This document shows positions 7,070 to 16,667 of a DNA stretch of 32,000 bases, piece by piece. The notes under the pieces are model-generated. The model did no database searches, was not told the DNA's origin, and worked only from the letters and a program-made list of their open reading frames with translations. Numbering within the stretch: the first letter of the stretch is position 1; each line of letters opens with the position of its first letter. The translations under genes were made by a program, and so were the position numbers. Origin of the DNA: Propionibacterium ruminifibrarum (GTDB lineage: Bacteria > Actinomycetota > Actinomycetes > Propionibacteriales > Propionibacteriaceae); NCBI RefSeq assembly GCF_900289195.1, contig NZ_OMOH01000003.1, forward strand, positions 90,001 through 122,000, given 5' to 3'.

Positions 7070-8710
7070 ATGATCTCTCTCACTCGCCGTAACGTGCTGC
7101 AGGTCTCCGGCGCGGCCGCCGCTGCCGCCGCCCTGGCCGGCTGCGCCCAGACCTCCGACAGCTCGTCCGGTTCCGGTTCCGCCGCCTCCAGCGACGGCAT
7201 CACGATCGGCACCACCGACAAGGTGACCAGCCTCGACCCTGCCGCCCAGTACGACCACGGCTCGTTCGAGATCATCTCGAACGTCTTCCCGATGCTCATG
7301 AACGTGCCGCTGGGGGCCACTGACGGCACGCCGGAACTCGACGTCGCCGAGTCCGCCGAGTTCACCTCGCCCACCGAGTTCACGGTCAAGCTGCGCAGCG
7401 GCCTGAAGTTCGCCAACGGCCACGACCTCACCGCCGAGGACGTCAAGTTCAGCTTCGACCGCCAGCTGTCCATCAACGACCCCAACGGCCCTGCGAGCCT
7501 GCTGACCAATCTCGATTCCACCGAGGTCGTCGACGACCTGACCGTCGTCTTCAAGCTCAAGGTCGAGAACGACCAGACCTTCGCCCAGGTGCTCATGAGC
7601 CCCGCCGGCCCGATCATGGACAGCGAGACCTTCCCCGCCGATTCGGTCATGAGCGACGAGGACATCGTCGCAGCCCAGCCCTTCTGCGGCCCCTACGTCA
7701 TCGCCGACTACTCCAAGAACCAGCTCGTCAACTTCACCAAGTGGGACGGCTACACCGGCACCATCGACGCGCCCCAGGCCGACTCGATCACGCTGAAGTA
7801 CTACTCCGAGGCCGAGAACCTCAAGCTCGCCGTGCAGCAGAACGAGATCGACGTCGCCTACCGCAGCCTGACGGCCACCGACATCGAGTCCCTGCGCTCC
7901 AGCGACGGTCTGACCGTCTACGAGAGCCCCGGCAGCGAGATGCGCTTCATCGTCTTCAACTTCGACACCATGCCGCACGGCGCCCAGAGCTCCGAGCCCG
8001 ACACCGCGAAGGCCGCCGCCGTCCGGCAGGCCGTCGCCTCGGTCATCGACCGGGATGCGATCGCCGAGGACGTCTACAAGGGCAGCTACACGCCGCTGTA
8101 CTCCTACATCGTCCAGGGCTTCGCAGGCTCCACCGAGACCCTCAAGAGCGCCTACGGCGACGGCAACGGCGGGCCTGACACCGACAAGGCCAAGCAGATC
8201 CTCTCCGACGCCGGCGTGAGCACGCCCGTCACCCTGAGGATGCAGTACAACCCCGACCACTACGGCACGAGTTCGGCCGACGAGTACGCGGCCATCAAGA
8301 ACCAGCTGGAGGCCACCGACCTGTTCACCGTGGACCTGCAGTCCACCGAGTGGGTGCAGTACAACAAGGACCGCGTCTCCGACGTCTACCCCGTCTACCA
8401 GCTCGGCTGGTTCCCCGACTTCGCCGACCCCGACAACTACCTGACCCCCTTCTTCGGCGCCGACAACTTCATCCACCAGCACTACGAGAACACCGAGGTG
8501 CAGGAGCTCATCACCGCCGAGGCCACCACGCAGGACGAGGCGTCCCGGGAGCAGATCCTGTCCGAGGTGCAGGAGAAGCTGACCGCCGACCTCCCGACCA
8601 TCCCGTTGCTCCAGGGCAAGCAGATCATGGTCGCCAACAGTTCGGTCTCCGGCTGCGAGAACGCGATGGACATCGTGTCCAAGCTGCGCCTGTCGGCCCT
8701 GAACAAGTGA
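7070..8710 (+). CDS. ABC transporter substrate-binding lipoprotein, family 5 (peptide/nickel, DppA/OppA-like)
   Basis: Start moved to the ATG at 7070 (GAAGG RBS). The N-terminus MISLTRRNVLQVSGAAAAAAALAGC has a twin-arginine motif plus a LAGC lipobox. The mature region has typical family-5 blocks (LDPA..YD, KFANGHDLTAEDVKFSF, GWFPDFADPDNYL). Confidence 0.9.
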   Translation: MISLTRRNVLQVSGAAAAAAALAGCAQTSDSSSGSGSAASSDGITIGTTDKVTSLDPAAQYDHGSFEIISNVFPMLMNVPLGATDGTPELDVAESAEFTSPTEFTVKLRSGLKFANGHDLTAEDVKFSFDRQLSINDPNGPASLLTNLDSTEVVDDLTVVFKLKVENDQTFAQVLMSPAGPIMDSETFPADSVMSDEDIVAAQPFCGPYVIADYSKNQLVNFTKWDGYTGTIDAPQADSITLKYYSEAENLKLAVQQNEIDVAYRSLTATDIESLRSSDGLTVYESPGSEMRFIVFNFDTMPHGAQSSEPDTAKAAAVRQAVASVIDRDAIAEDVYKGSYTPLYSYIVQGFAGSTETLKSAYGDGNGGPDTDKAKQILSDAGVSTPVTLRMQYNPDHYGTSSADEYAAIKNQLEATDLFTVDLQSTEWVQYNKDRVSDVYPVYQLGWFPDFADPDNYLTPFFGADNFIHQHYENTEVQELITAEATTQDEASREQILSEVQEKLTADLPTIPLLQGKQIMVANSSVSGCENAMDIVSKLRLSALNK

Positions 8711-8723
8711 CCCATCCCGTCCA

Positions 8724-8774
8724 GGCGAAGATGCCCGTTCGGTCCTCCTCGCAGGGCCGGCGGGCATCTTCGCC
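8724..8774 (+). promoter_or_regulatory. Intercistronic stem-loop between binding-protein and permease genes
   Basis: GGCGAAGATGCCCG (8724-8737) pairs perfectly with CGGGCATCTTCGCC (8761-8774), a 14-bp stem. Hairpins after binding-protein genes are commonly linked to differential mRNA stability or partial termination. Confidence 0.5.
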
Positions 8775-8807
8775 GCATTCGCTCCCACTCACCGCGAGGA
8801 AGGCCTC

Positions 8808-9977
8808 ATGAGCCACACCGAAGAACCCGATCCCGACGAGGCGGTGGCGGCCGACGTCGCCGAGGCCGTCGCGGACGCCGAGACGAGTACGGGAGAGTCG
8901 GCGCGATCCTCGGTGCCCGTCGCAACGGCCAAGGGGGCCGGTGAGAAGCGACGCCGAGGCGGGCTGAGCCGCTACATCATCACGCGCTTCCTGCTCATCT
9001 TCCCGACGATCTTCATCCTCGTGACCGTCGTCTTCTTCCTCATGCGCGTCACCGGCGACCCGATCACGGCGGCCCTCGGCGGACGCCTCACGCCCGACCA
9101 GCTCGCCCAGCGGGTGCACGAGGCCGGCTACGACCGGCCGATCCTCATTCAGTACCTCGACTACCTGGGCGGTCTCGTACGCGGCGACTTCGGCACCACC
9201 TACACCGACAACATGCCGGTGCTCTCGGTGCTCAAACAGTACGGCTCGGCCACCCTCGAACTCGTCCTCTTCTCCCTGGTCATCTCGCTGCTCATCGGCC
9301 TGCCGCTGGGCCGTCTCGCGGCCGCCAAGCGCGACAAGTGGCAGGACGCGGTCCTGCGCATCTTCGCGATCCTCGCCTACGCGACCCCGGTCTTCTTCCT
9401 CGGCCTGCTGCTCAAGCTCGTCTTCGCCGTCAAACTCGGCTGGCTGCCCGTCTCGGGCCGGATCAGTGCGAGCGGCGAGGGGACGATGGGCCGGCTGCTC
9501 AACCCGTCGCCGTTCTACCTGGTCGACGCGATCAGGCTCGGCAACGGCCCCCTCATCGTCGACGTGCTCAGGCACGCGGTGCTGCCGTCGGTGGCCCTCG
9601 GCCTGCTCAACGGCGGCGTCTTCCTGCGCCTGGTGCGCACGAACGTCATCGGCACCATCGACCGCCAGTACGTCGAGTCGGCGCGCTCGCGCGGCGTGCC
9701 CGAACGCCGCCTGGTCACCAAACACGCCATGCGCCCCGCGCTCATCCCCATCATCACGGTGATGGGCATGCAGATCGCCCTCATGCTCGGCGGCGCCGTG
9801 CTCACCGAGACCACCTTCGAATGGCGGGGCCTGGGCTTCATGCTCGCCCAGTACATGACGGCCCGCGACTACGTCGCCGTGCAGGGCATCGTCATGCTCA
9901 TGGCCGTGATCGTCGCCCTGGCGAACTTCATCGTCGACGTCATCGCCGCGCTGATCGACCCGCGAGTGAGGTACTGA
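8808..9977 (+). CDS. ABC transporter permease (DppB/OppB-like) with about 60-aa acidic N-terminal extension
   Basis: ATG at 8808 with a GAGGAAGG RBS. The conserved core starts at LSRYIITRFLLIFPTIFILVTVVFFLMRVTGDP. The C-terminus IDPRVRY is typical of the family. Confidence 0.88.
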   Translation: MSHTEEPDPDEAVAADVAEAVADAETSTGESARSSVPVATAKGAGEKRRRGGLSRYIITRFLLIFPTIFILVTVVFFLMRVTGDPITAALGGRLTPDQLAQRVHEAGYDRPILIQYLDYLGGLVRGDFGTTYTDNMPVLSVLKQYGSATLELVLFSLVISLLIGLPLGRLAAAKRDKWQDAVLRIFAILAYATPVFFLGLLLKLVFAVKLGWLPVSGRISASGEGTMGRLLNPSPFYLVDAIRLGNGPLIVDVLRHAVLPSVALGLLNGGVFLRLVRTNVIGTIDRQYVESARSRGVPERRLVTKHAMRPALIPIITVMGMQIALMLGGAVLTETTFEWRGLGFMLAQYMTARDYVAVQGIVMLMAVIVALANFIVDVIAALIDPRVRY

Positions 9978-9978
9978 G

Positions 9979-11091
9979 ATGTCCCAGACCACAACCGTTG
10001 TCGCCGAGGGCCCCAGCCGCGCCCCCTGGTACCTGCGCCTGCCCGTCATCGCCGACCTGCGCCGCTCCGTCGGCCTGCAGCGCGGCATGCTCATCGTCGG
10101 TCTCGTGCTCACCGCCCTCCTCGTGCTCACTGCCATCTTCGCGCCGCTCATCGCCCCCTACGGCTTCGCCGCCTCGGCCGCCGACGGCGTCGGCTTCGGT
10201 ACCCAGCAGGCGCCGAACCCGACGAACCACTGGGGCACCACCGTCGCTGGCTACGACGTGCTCAGCCGCGTCGTGTGGGGCGCCCGCACGGCCGTCCTCA
10301 CGATCATCACCTCGGTCACCATGAGCTTCGTCATCGGCGTCCTGCTGGGCCTGGTGTCCGGGTACGTCGGTGGCTGGTTCGACCGCATCTGCACGATGAT
10401 CACCGACGCCGTCTACGCCTTCCCGTCGCTGCTGCTGGCCATCGTCCTGTCGATCGTCATCTCCGGCGGTCAGTCCAGCGCGGCCGGCGGCATCATGAGT
10501 GCGGCGATCTCGATCACCGTCGTCTACGTGCCCCAGTACTTCCGCGTCATCCGTGCCGAGACGGTGCGCCTGAAGGCCGAACCCTTCGTCGAGGCCGCCC
10601 GCGTTACCGGCGTCCCCGTGCGCCGCACGCTGTTCGGCCACATCCTGCGCAACGCCACGCGCACCCTGCCGCTGATCTTCACACTCAACGCCTCCGAGTC
10701 GATCCTGACCCTCGCCGGCCTGGGCTTCATCGGTTTCGGCATCGAGCCGTCCAGCGCAGCCGAGTGGGGCTACGACCTCAACCGCTCGATGACCGACGTC
10801 ACGAGCGGCATGTGGTGGACCGCCATCTTCCCGGGCCTGGCCATCGTGCTCTCCGTGCTCGGCATCACCCTCATGGGCGAGTCGATGAACGACCTGAACG
10901 ACCCGCGCCTTCGCCGCCGCCGGGCCCCGAAGAAGACCAGGGCCGCGGCACCAGCGGCCCGCGCCGCCGAGCCAGGCGCCCCCGCCCGGGCGGAGGCCCC
11001 GACCGGATCGGCTTCGAGCGGCCCCGCCGGCGACGGGCCCGAGGGGCCCGCCCGCGCGGCCGACGACACGGACGACACGAAGGAGGCATGA
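9979..11091 (+). CDS. ABC transporter permease (DppC/OppC-like) with about 65-aa Ala/Pro-rich C-terminal tail
   Basis: The ATG lies 1 nt after the upstream stop. The core has the EAA-type loop (FVEAARVTGVPVRRTLFGHILRN) and LNDPRLRRR, followed by a low-complexity tail. Confidence 0.88.
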   Translation: MSQTTTVVAEGPSRAPWYLRLPVIADLRRSVGLQRGMLIVGLVLTALLVLTAIFAPLIAPYGFAASAADGVGFGTQQAPNPTNHWGTTVAGYDVLSRVVWGARTAVLTIITSVTMSFVIGVLLGLVSGYVGGWFDRICTMITDAVYAFPSLLLAIVLSIVISGGQSSAAGGIMSAAISITVVYVPQYFRVIRAETVRLKAEPFVEAARVTGVPVRRTLFGHILRNATRTLPLIFTLNASESILTLAGLGFIGFGIEPSSAAEWGYDLNRSMTDVTSGMWWTAIFPGLAIVLSVLGITLMGESMNDLNDPRLRRRRAPKKTRAAAPAARAAEPGAPARAEAPTGSASSGPAGDGPEGPARAADDTDDTKEA

Positions 11092-11092
11092 G

Positions 11093-12832
11093 ATGACAGG
11101 CGAACCCGGCACCGATCTCACCTCGCACCGCTTCGGCACCGGCGAGCCGCTGCTGCAGATCAAGGACCTGTCCATCAGCTTCGCCACCGACCGCGGCGAC
11201 GTCCCGGCCGCCCGCGGCGTCAACCTCGTCCTCGACGAGGGCGAGATCCTGGCCATCGTCGGCGAGTCCGGGTCCGGCAAGACCGTCACCGCCCGCTCCG
11301 TGCTCGGCCTGCTGCCCGAGACCGCCACCACGACGGGGGCGATCCTCCTGCGCGGCCAGGACGTCGTGACGATGAGCCGCGCGCAGTTGCGCAGGGCCCG
11401 GGGCGCCGACGTGTCCATGGTCTTCCAGGAGCCGTCCAGCGCCCTCAACCCGGTGTACCCGATCTGGTGGCAGCTCGGTGAGGGGCTGCGCGCCCACGAC
11501 CCGAAGCTGACCAGGGCCCAGCTCAAGGAGCGGGCCGTCGAGGCGCTGCGCATCGTCGGCATCCCCGACCCCGAGAACCGCATCAACCGCTACCCGCACG
11601 AGTTCAGCGGCGGCCAGAAGCAGCGCATCATGATCGCCATGGCCCTGGCCCTCGGCACGAAGGTGATCATCGCCGACGAGCCGACCACCGCCCTCGACGT
11701 CACCGTGCAGGCAGAGATCCTGCAGCTGCTGCGCGACGTGCGGGACAACTACGGCGCATCGATCATCCTCATCACCCACAACATGGGCGTGGTGGCCGAC
11801 CTGGCCGACACCGTCGCCGTCATGCACGACGGCGTCATCGTCGAACGCAACACCGCCCAGGAACTGTTCGACAACCCGCAGGACCCGTACACGAGGACGC
11901 TGCTCGCGGCCGTGCCGCGCATCGGCGCCGCATCGGCCTCGGGCCGGATGAGCGAGACCGACCGCGCTGAACTCGCCGGCCACGAGGTCATCGTCGAGGC
12001 CAGGGGGCTCGAGGTCACCTATCCCGGCCGGCTCGGCACCAAACCCTTCCGCGCGGTCCGTGGCATCGACTTCACGATCCGCGCCGGCGAGGTCTTCGGG
12101 CTGGTGGGCGAGTCCGGCTCGGGCAAGACGACGACCGGACGAGCCATCGTCGGGCTGGAGGAGACCACCGGGGGCTCCCTGACGGTCTTCGGCTACGAGA
12201 TGCGGCGCTTCCGCGAGCGCACCTTCAAGCCGCTGCGCAAGGACATCGGGTTCGTCTTCCAGGACCCCGCCACGAGCTTCGACCCCCAGCTGACGATCGG
12301 CGCGTGCATCGCCGAGCCGCTCCAGGTGCACGCCAGGGACCTGCCCAGCGCCGAACGCCGCCGCCGCGTCCACGACCTGCTCGAGGCCGTGCAGCTGCCG
12401 GCCGCCTATGCCGACCGCTACCCGCATGAGCTGTCCGGTGGCCAGCGCCAGCGTGTCTCGCTGGCCCGCGCCCTCGTGCTGCGGCCCAGGCTGCTCATCG
12501 CCGACGAACCGACCTCGGCACTCGACGTGTCGGTGCAGGCCACCGTCCTGGAGCTCTTCCAGCAGCTGCAGGCAGAGTTCGGTTTCGCCTGCCTGTTCAT
12601 CAGTCATGACCTGGCCGTCGTCGACATGCTGGCCCACCGCATCGGCGTGCTCTACCACGGCCGGCTCGTCGAGGAGGGCATCGGACGGGACGTGCTGCAG
12701 AACCCGCAGCACCCCTACACGAAACGGCTCGTCGCCTCGCTCCCGGTGCCCGACCCGGCGGAGCAGGCGAGGCGCCGTGAGGAGTTCCGCATCCTCGACG
12801 CGCAGCTGCCCGCCGCCGACGAGATGGGCTGA
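11093..12832 (+). CDS. Fused double ABC ATPase (DppD-DppF-like)
   Basis: 579 aa with two full nucleotide-binding domains: GESGSGKT twice, signatures FSGGQKQR and LSGGQRQR, and Walker B IIADEPTTALD and LIADEPTSALD. Confidence 0.92.
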   Translation: MTGEPGTDLTSHRFGTGEPLLQIKDLSISFATDRGDVPAARGVNLVLDEGEILAIVGESGSGKTVTARSVLGLLPETATTTGAILLRGQDVVTMSRAQLRRARGADVSMVFQEPSSALNPVYPIWWQLGEGLRAHDPKLTRAQLKERAVEALRIVGIPDPENRINRYPHEFSGGQKQRIMIAMALALGTKVIIADEPTTALDVTVQAEILQLLRDVRDNYGASIILITHNMGVVADLADTVAVMHDGVIVERNTAQELFDNPQDPYTRTLLAAVPRIGAASASGRMSETDRAELAGHEVIVEARGLEVTYPGRLGTKPFRAVRGIDFTIRAGEVFGLVGESGSGKTTTGRAIVGLEETTGGSLTVFGYEMRRFRERTFKPLRKDIGFVFQDPATSFDPQLTIGACIAEPLQVHARDLPSAERRRRVHDLLEAVQLPAAYADRYPHELSGGQRQRVSLARALVLRPRLLIADEPTSALDVSVQATVLELFQQLQAEFGFACLFISHDLAVVDMLAHRIGVLYHGRLVEEGIGRDVLQNPQHPYTKRLVASLPVPDPAEQARRREEFRILDAQLPAADEMG

Positions 12833-12934
12833 ACCGGGCCCGCACGGCCGTCATCGGGCGCAGGGGCACCCGCCTACCGGTCTCGGCTCGTGGGGTGCCT
12901 GCACGCCCGCCTCGGCCGTGCGTCCTCCGCGTTG

Positions 12935-14575
12935 TCAGCTCGTGAACCGGTACAGCCGCCAGGTGAGGCCGCGGCCGTCCCGCCACTGGCGGACCATGGT
13001 GGCAACACCCGCGCCGTCGGCCCACATGCCCGGGTACTGCTCCTCAATGGCGTCGGCGGGGGCCGTGTCCGGAGACGTCAGCAGGGCGTAGTCGACGCCG
13101 TTCCCGCGGGGGTCGGCGAGCAGCTCCCTGAAGTCCTGGTCGGTGGTGATCGCGTAGACACGCGGATCCTCCGCAGCCAGGACGATCGGGAAGGAGTAGG
13201 CGACGTCGGTGATGACGGAGCCCTCGGGCAGGCCCATCGCGGTGATGTCCTCGGCGGCCTGCTGCTCCATGGGGTACTGGCCGCCCCTGGCGACCTCGAC
13301 GGCGAGCGCCTCCTCGCGGCCGAACCGGGGGTTCGTCTCGGTCCACCAGGCCAGCGGCAGTGTCAGTGCCGTTGCGCCTGCCAGGGTCACGACACCGGCC
13401 CGGCGCAGCCCTCGTGAGGCACCGGACCGGCTCACCGCCCCGGCGAGACAGCCGACGGCAAGCACGGCGAGCGGCACGGCGGTGATCTGGAACCGCAGCC
13501 AGCCGAACGACATGCCCCGCAGGAAGGTGAGGTTCTGGAAGACGAGCACCGAGCCGAGCACGAAGACCGGCGACAAGAACCTCGTGTCCCGCCGCCGCAG
13601 GGCCACGACGAGAGCGACCAGCGTCAGCGGGACGGCCAGCGGTGCCGTGCGTGCCAACTGCTCGACCAGGTAGCCCGGGCGGGCGTACCGGCCGGTGCCG
13701 ACGATCCCGTCGATCGACTCCTGGAAGGTGCCGACCTGGGCCGAGTTGCCGTACTGGGAGGTGAAGGTCTCCAGCCACGAACCGACGATGATCTTGCTCG
13801 CCAGCGCCCACAGGCAGAAGGCCGCGACGATCGGCCCCACTGCGAGGACCATGTCGAGAACGGCCATCCCGAGCGCCCTCGCCCGCCCGCGAGAACGGGC
13901 CCACGTGACGACGAGGACGAGCACGCCGACCGCTGCGCCGACCGCCAGCGCCTCGTATCGGACGAGGTAGGCCACTCCGACGCCGACGCCGACTTGGACG
14001 AGCTGCCAGGGGTCGTTGTCGGTGAGCCAGTCGACCAGGTGGGCGGCGACGTACAGGCACACCGTCAACAGCATCGCCTCGCTCGCGCCGGTCGCGGAGG
14101 CGAGCAGCACCAGCGGGTGCAGGGCGAAGAGGGCGGTGAGGACGACACGCATGACCCGCCCGGCGCCCAGCTGACCGAGCAGCCGATGCATGAACATCAC
14201 CGCGAGCGCCCCGCACAGTGCCGACACGAGGCAGCCCGCCAAGGCGTCGCTCGCCAGCGCGGGCCACAGCGGCGACAGCAGGAGCAGCGGGATGACGGCG
14301 AGCGAGGGCAGCGGGTTCCACACGAAGCCGATGGCCGCCAGGTGCGGGTCACGGCTGAACAGCACGTAGTAGGCGTTGGCGACCCGGCTCATGGCGTCCG
14401 GGAAGACGAGGTCGTGGGCGCTGAGCCAGAACGCCGCCACCAGGTAGCCGACGAGGAAGACCAGCCCCACCACCCGCTCGGGGCGGTGTTCCTGGCGGCG
14501 TGTCAGGGCGCGGCTGGGGGCGCCGGCGTCGAGCTCCGCCTCCGCGGCCCCCGCGTCGAGTGCGGCGCGGCTCAT
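12935..14575 (-). CDS. GT-C-fold-like polytopic membrane protein (ArnT/PMT-like glycosyltransferase candidate) with C-terminal extracytoplasmic domain
   Basis: The start ATG at 14575 overlaps the upstream stop (ATGA). About 12 hydrophobic helices. The first loop (FPDAMSRVANAYYVLFSRDPHLAAIGFVWNPLPS) resembles loop 1 of GT-C enzymes. About 150 aa at the C-terminus are soluble. The family call is by resemblance only. Confidence 0.5.
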   Translation of the reverse strand: MSRAALDAGAAEAELDAGAPSRALTRRQEHRPERVVGLVFLVGYLVAAFWLSAHDLVFPDAMSRVANAYYVLFSRDPHLAAIGFVWNPLPSLAVIPLLLLSPLWPALASDALAGCLVSALCGALAVMFMHRLLGQLGAGRVMRVVLTALFALHPLVLLASATGASEAMLLTVCLYVAAHLVDWLTDNDPWQLVQVGVGVGVAYLVRYEALAVGAAVGVLVLVVTWARSRGRARALGMAVLDMVLAVGPIVAAFCLWALASKIIVGSWLETFTSQYGNSAQVGTFQESIDGIVGTGRYARPGYLVEQLARTAPLAVPLTLVALVVALRRRDTRFLSPVFVLGSVLVFQNLTFLRGMSFGWLRFQITAVPLAVLAVGCLAGAVSRSGASRGLRRAGVVTLAGATALTLPLAWWTETNPRFGREEALAVEVARGGQYPMEQQAAEDITAMGLPEGSVITDVAYSFPIVLAAEDPRVYAITTDQDFRELLADPRGNGVDYALLTSPDTAPADAIEEQYPGMWADGAGVATMVRQWRDGRGLTWRLYRFTS

Positions 14576-16095
14576 GAGGCGCCTCCCGCCTCGGCGGCCG
14601 TCGTCTGCTGCCGGTGGAGCCCGTGAGTGGTCTTCTCCCAGTAGGACGGCGCGGTGACCAGCTGGATCACGGCCTTGAGGGCAGCCAGCCACATGAGCCC
14701 CCAGTACAGGGGCATCAGGAGGGCGGCCGGGAGCAGATCGGGGCGCTCCAACTGTCGCGCGGTGAACACGCCCATGTAGAGCACCGAGAGATTGCCCAGG
14801 ACGAGGCAGACCATGCCGAGGTAGTAGACCACCGGCGGGAACAGCGCGGCGATCGCCGGGTCATGGGAGGTGAACCACATGGCCGTCAGCGCCCAGAAGA
14901 AGCCGTTGAGCGCCGACAGCAGCGGGGTGCCGGCGATGAAGACGACCAGGCCGGCCACGCCGCGCGCACCGAGCTGGGATGTGACGAGCCGGGGGCTGCG
15001 CACGTGGACGAGGAAGGTCTGGATGTAGCCCTTGTACCAGCGGCTGCGCTGCCTCACCCAGTTGATGGCGTCGGGGTTGGCCTCCTCCAGGGTCGTCGAC
15101 CCCAGCACCCCGACCCGGTAGCCCGCCCGGTGCAGGCGCAGCCCGAGGTCGGCGTCCTCGGTGACGTTCCACGGATCCCAGGCTCCGACGTCCCGCAGCA
15201 CGTCGGAGCGGAAGTGGTTCGAGGTGCCGCCGAGCGGCACCGGTGCGCCCAGGGCGACGAGCCCGGGGAGCATGTTCGTGAACCAGGAACCGTAGTCGAG
15301 GGTGAACCAGCGGGTGAGCATGTTCTGGGCGCTGTTGTAGAAGCCCAGCCGCGCCTGGACGCAGGCATAGGACGGGCCGAGCCGCCTCATCGCGACGACG
15401 GCGCGCCGCAGCTGGAGCGAGTCGGGGTCGTCCTCGGCGTCGTAGATGGTGCACATCGCGCTCTCGGCCGTGAGGAAGCCGTAGTTGCAGGCCTTGGGTT
15501 TGGTGCGCGGGTCCAGGGACGGGACGGTGACGACGCGGACGTGCTCGCGCGGCGTGATCCGGCGGGCCGCATCGGCCGTCTCGGTGTCGTCGGCCTCCAG
15601 CAGAAGACGGACGTCCAGGAGGTGGCGGGGGTAGTCCAGCCGTTCGAGTCGTTCGACGAGTTCGCCCAGGAGCGGCTCGTGGAACACGGGCACGAGCACG
15701 GTGTAGGTGGGCAGTTGGTCGTCCGGGACGGACCGGGCCTCCTCGTCGCTGACCATGACGGTGCGCCCGCCCCTGGCGCCGAGGCGGAACAGGGCGAGTC
15801 GGTAACCCAGCGCGGCGATGTAGGCGAGGACCACCAGGGCGATGACGACGACGCCGGCGGTCCTGGGGGAGAGCAGCAGACCGGCCAGCAGCCCGGCGGT
15901 GAGGACGGCGAGCACGACACCCTGCCAGCGCACGAGGACGCTGCGGGCGGAGTACGCGGGAGCTGCGGTGGCGAGGCCGTGGCACGACAGCTCGACCAGC
16001 TGGTCGTGGTCCTCGGCGAGCACGCTCGCGGGCGGCACGCTGAGGAACCTGGTTCGGTTCTGGGTGACGTCGGGTGTCACCAGGACCACCCCCAT
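14572..16095 (-). CDS. Processive family-2 glycosyltransferase (cellulose/chitin/PNAG-synthase-like) with N- and C-terminal TM helices
   Basis: TVLVPVFHEP, a DAED (DxD) motif, NVTEDADLGLRL and the QRSRWYKG (QxxRW) motif. It has 2 TM helices before and about 4 after the catalytic domain. Start is the ATG at 16095; GTG at 16080 (GTGA overlap with the upstream stop) is an alternative. The first 201 aa of track ORF 14572..16698 are rejected. Confidence 0.85.
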   Translation of the reverse strand: MGVVLVTPDVTQNRTRFLSVPPASVLAEDHDQLVELSCHGLATAAPAYSARSVLVRWQGVVLAVLTAGLLAGLLLSPRTAGVVVIALVVLAYIAALGYRLALFRLGARGGRTVMVSDEEARSVPDDQLPTYTVLVPVFHEPLLGELVERLERLDYPRHLLDVRLLLEADDTETADAARRITPREHVRVVTVPSLDPRTKPKACNYGFLTAESAMCTIYDAEDDPDSLQLRRAVVAMRRLGPSYACVQARLGFYNSAQNMLTRWFTLDYGSWFTNMLPGLVALGAPVPLGGTSNHFRSDVLRDVGAWDPWNVTEDADLGLRLHRAGYRVGVLGSTTLEEANPDAINWVRQRSRWYKGYIQTFLVHVRSPRLVTSQLGARGVAGLVVFIAGTPLLSALNGFFWALTAMWFTSHDPAIAALFPPVVYYLGMVCLVLGNLSVLYMGVFTARQLERPDLLPAALLMPLYWGLMWLAALKAVIQLVTAPSYWEKTTHGLHRQQTTAAEAGGAS

Positions 16096-16667
16096 GCGGC
16101 GAGGAGCACCAGGGAGGCCGCCACGGCGGGCACGACGAGTCGGCGCGGGTCGACACGGTCGAGCTGGCCTGGTGGTACGGGCCCGCGGCGGGCGGCCATG
16201 ACGACGGCGCCGAGCAGGCAGGCGGCGAGCCCCACGGCGCCTGCCGGCACGGAACCCAGCGCGGGGACGGCGCCGAGCAGTGGTGCCGGGGCCGCGGGCA
16301 GGGCCCAGCAGCTCTCGCGGGTGCCGAGCACCCAGAACAGGCAGCCCAACACGAGTGAGGTGGCCGCCGCGCCCGCGGCGAACGGGTGCTCGCCGGCATC
16401 CCACTGGAGGGCGGCCCAGGCCGCGGTGAGCAGCCCGCCGCACCCGAGGATCCGGTCCAGGTCGCGGTCGTCGATGTGCGGCTGGTGCCGGCGGGTGAAG
16501 ACGAGGGTGGTCGCGAGGGCGAGGCCGCCGATGTTCCACATCCAGGAGCCGGGGGATGCCGCCGGGCGCGGCATGGCGGCCCAGAGGCAGGCGCAGGCGC
16601 CCAGCACCAGTGCGTGCTGGAGGACGAGTGGACGCAGAGCGGGCAGGGCAACAGGGGGCGGTGTCAT
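16077..16667 (-). CDS. Hypothetical small polytopic membrane protein, first gene of the GT operon
   Basis: 196 aa from the ATG at 16667 (MTPPPVALP...), preceded by purine-rich GGAAAAGAGAAG. The track start at 16685 is a TTG. About 6 hydrophobic segments. Its 3' end overlaps the GT2 start. Confidence 0.6.
   Translation of the reverse strand: MTPPPVALPALRPLVLQHALVLGACACLWAAMPRPAASPGSWMWNIGGLALATTLVFTRRHQPHIDDRDLDRILGCGGLLTAAWAALQWDAGEHPFAAGAAATSLVLGCLFWVLGTRESCWALPAAPAPLLGAVPALGSVPAGAVGLAACLLGAVVMAARRGPVPPGQLDRVDPRRLVVPAVAASLVLLAAWGWSW

Noticed and set aside
12833-12934. A bidirectional terminator between the convergent ABC ATPase and GT-C-like genes.
   Set aside because: Only an imperfect 5+5 bp stem with a 2-nt bulge and a roughly 20-nt loop (about 12860-12903) could be drawn. 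That is too weak to report as a feature.
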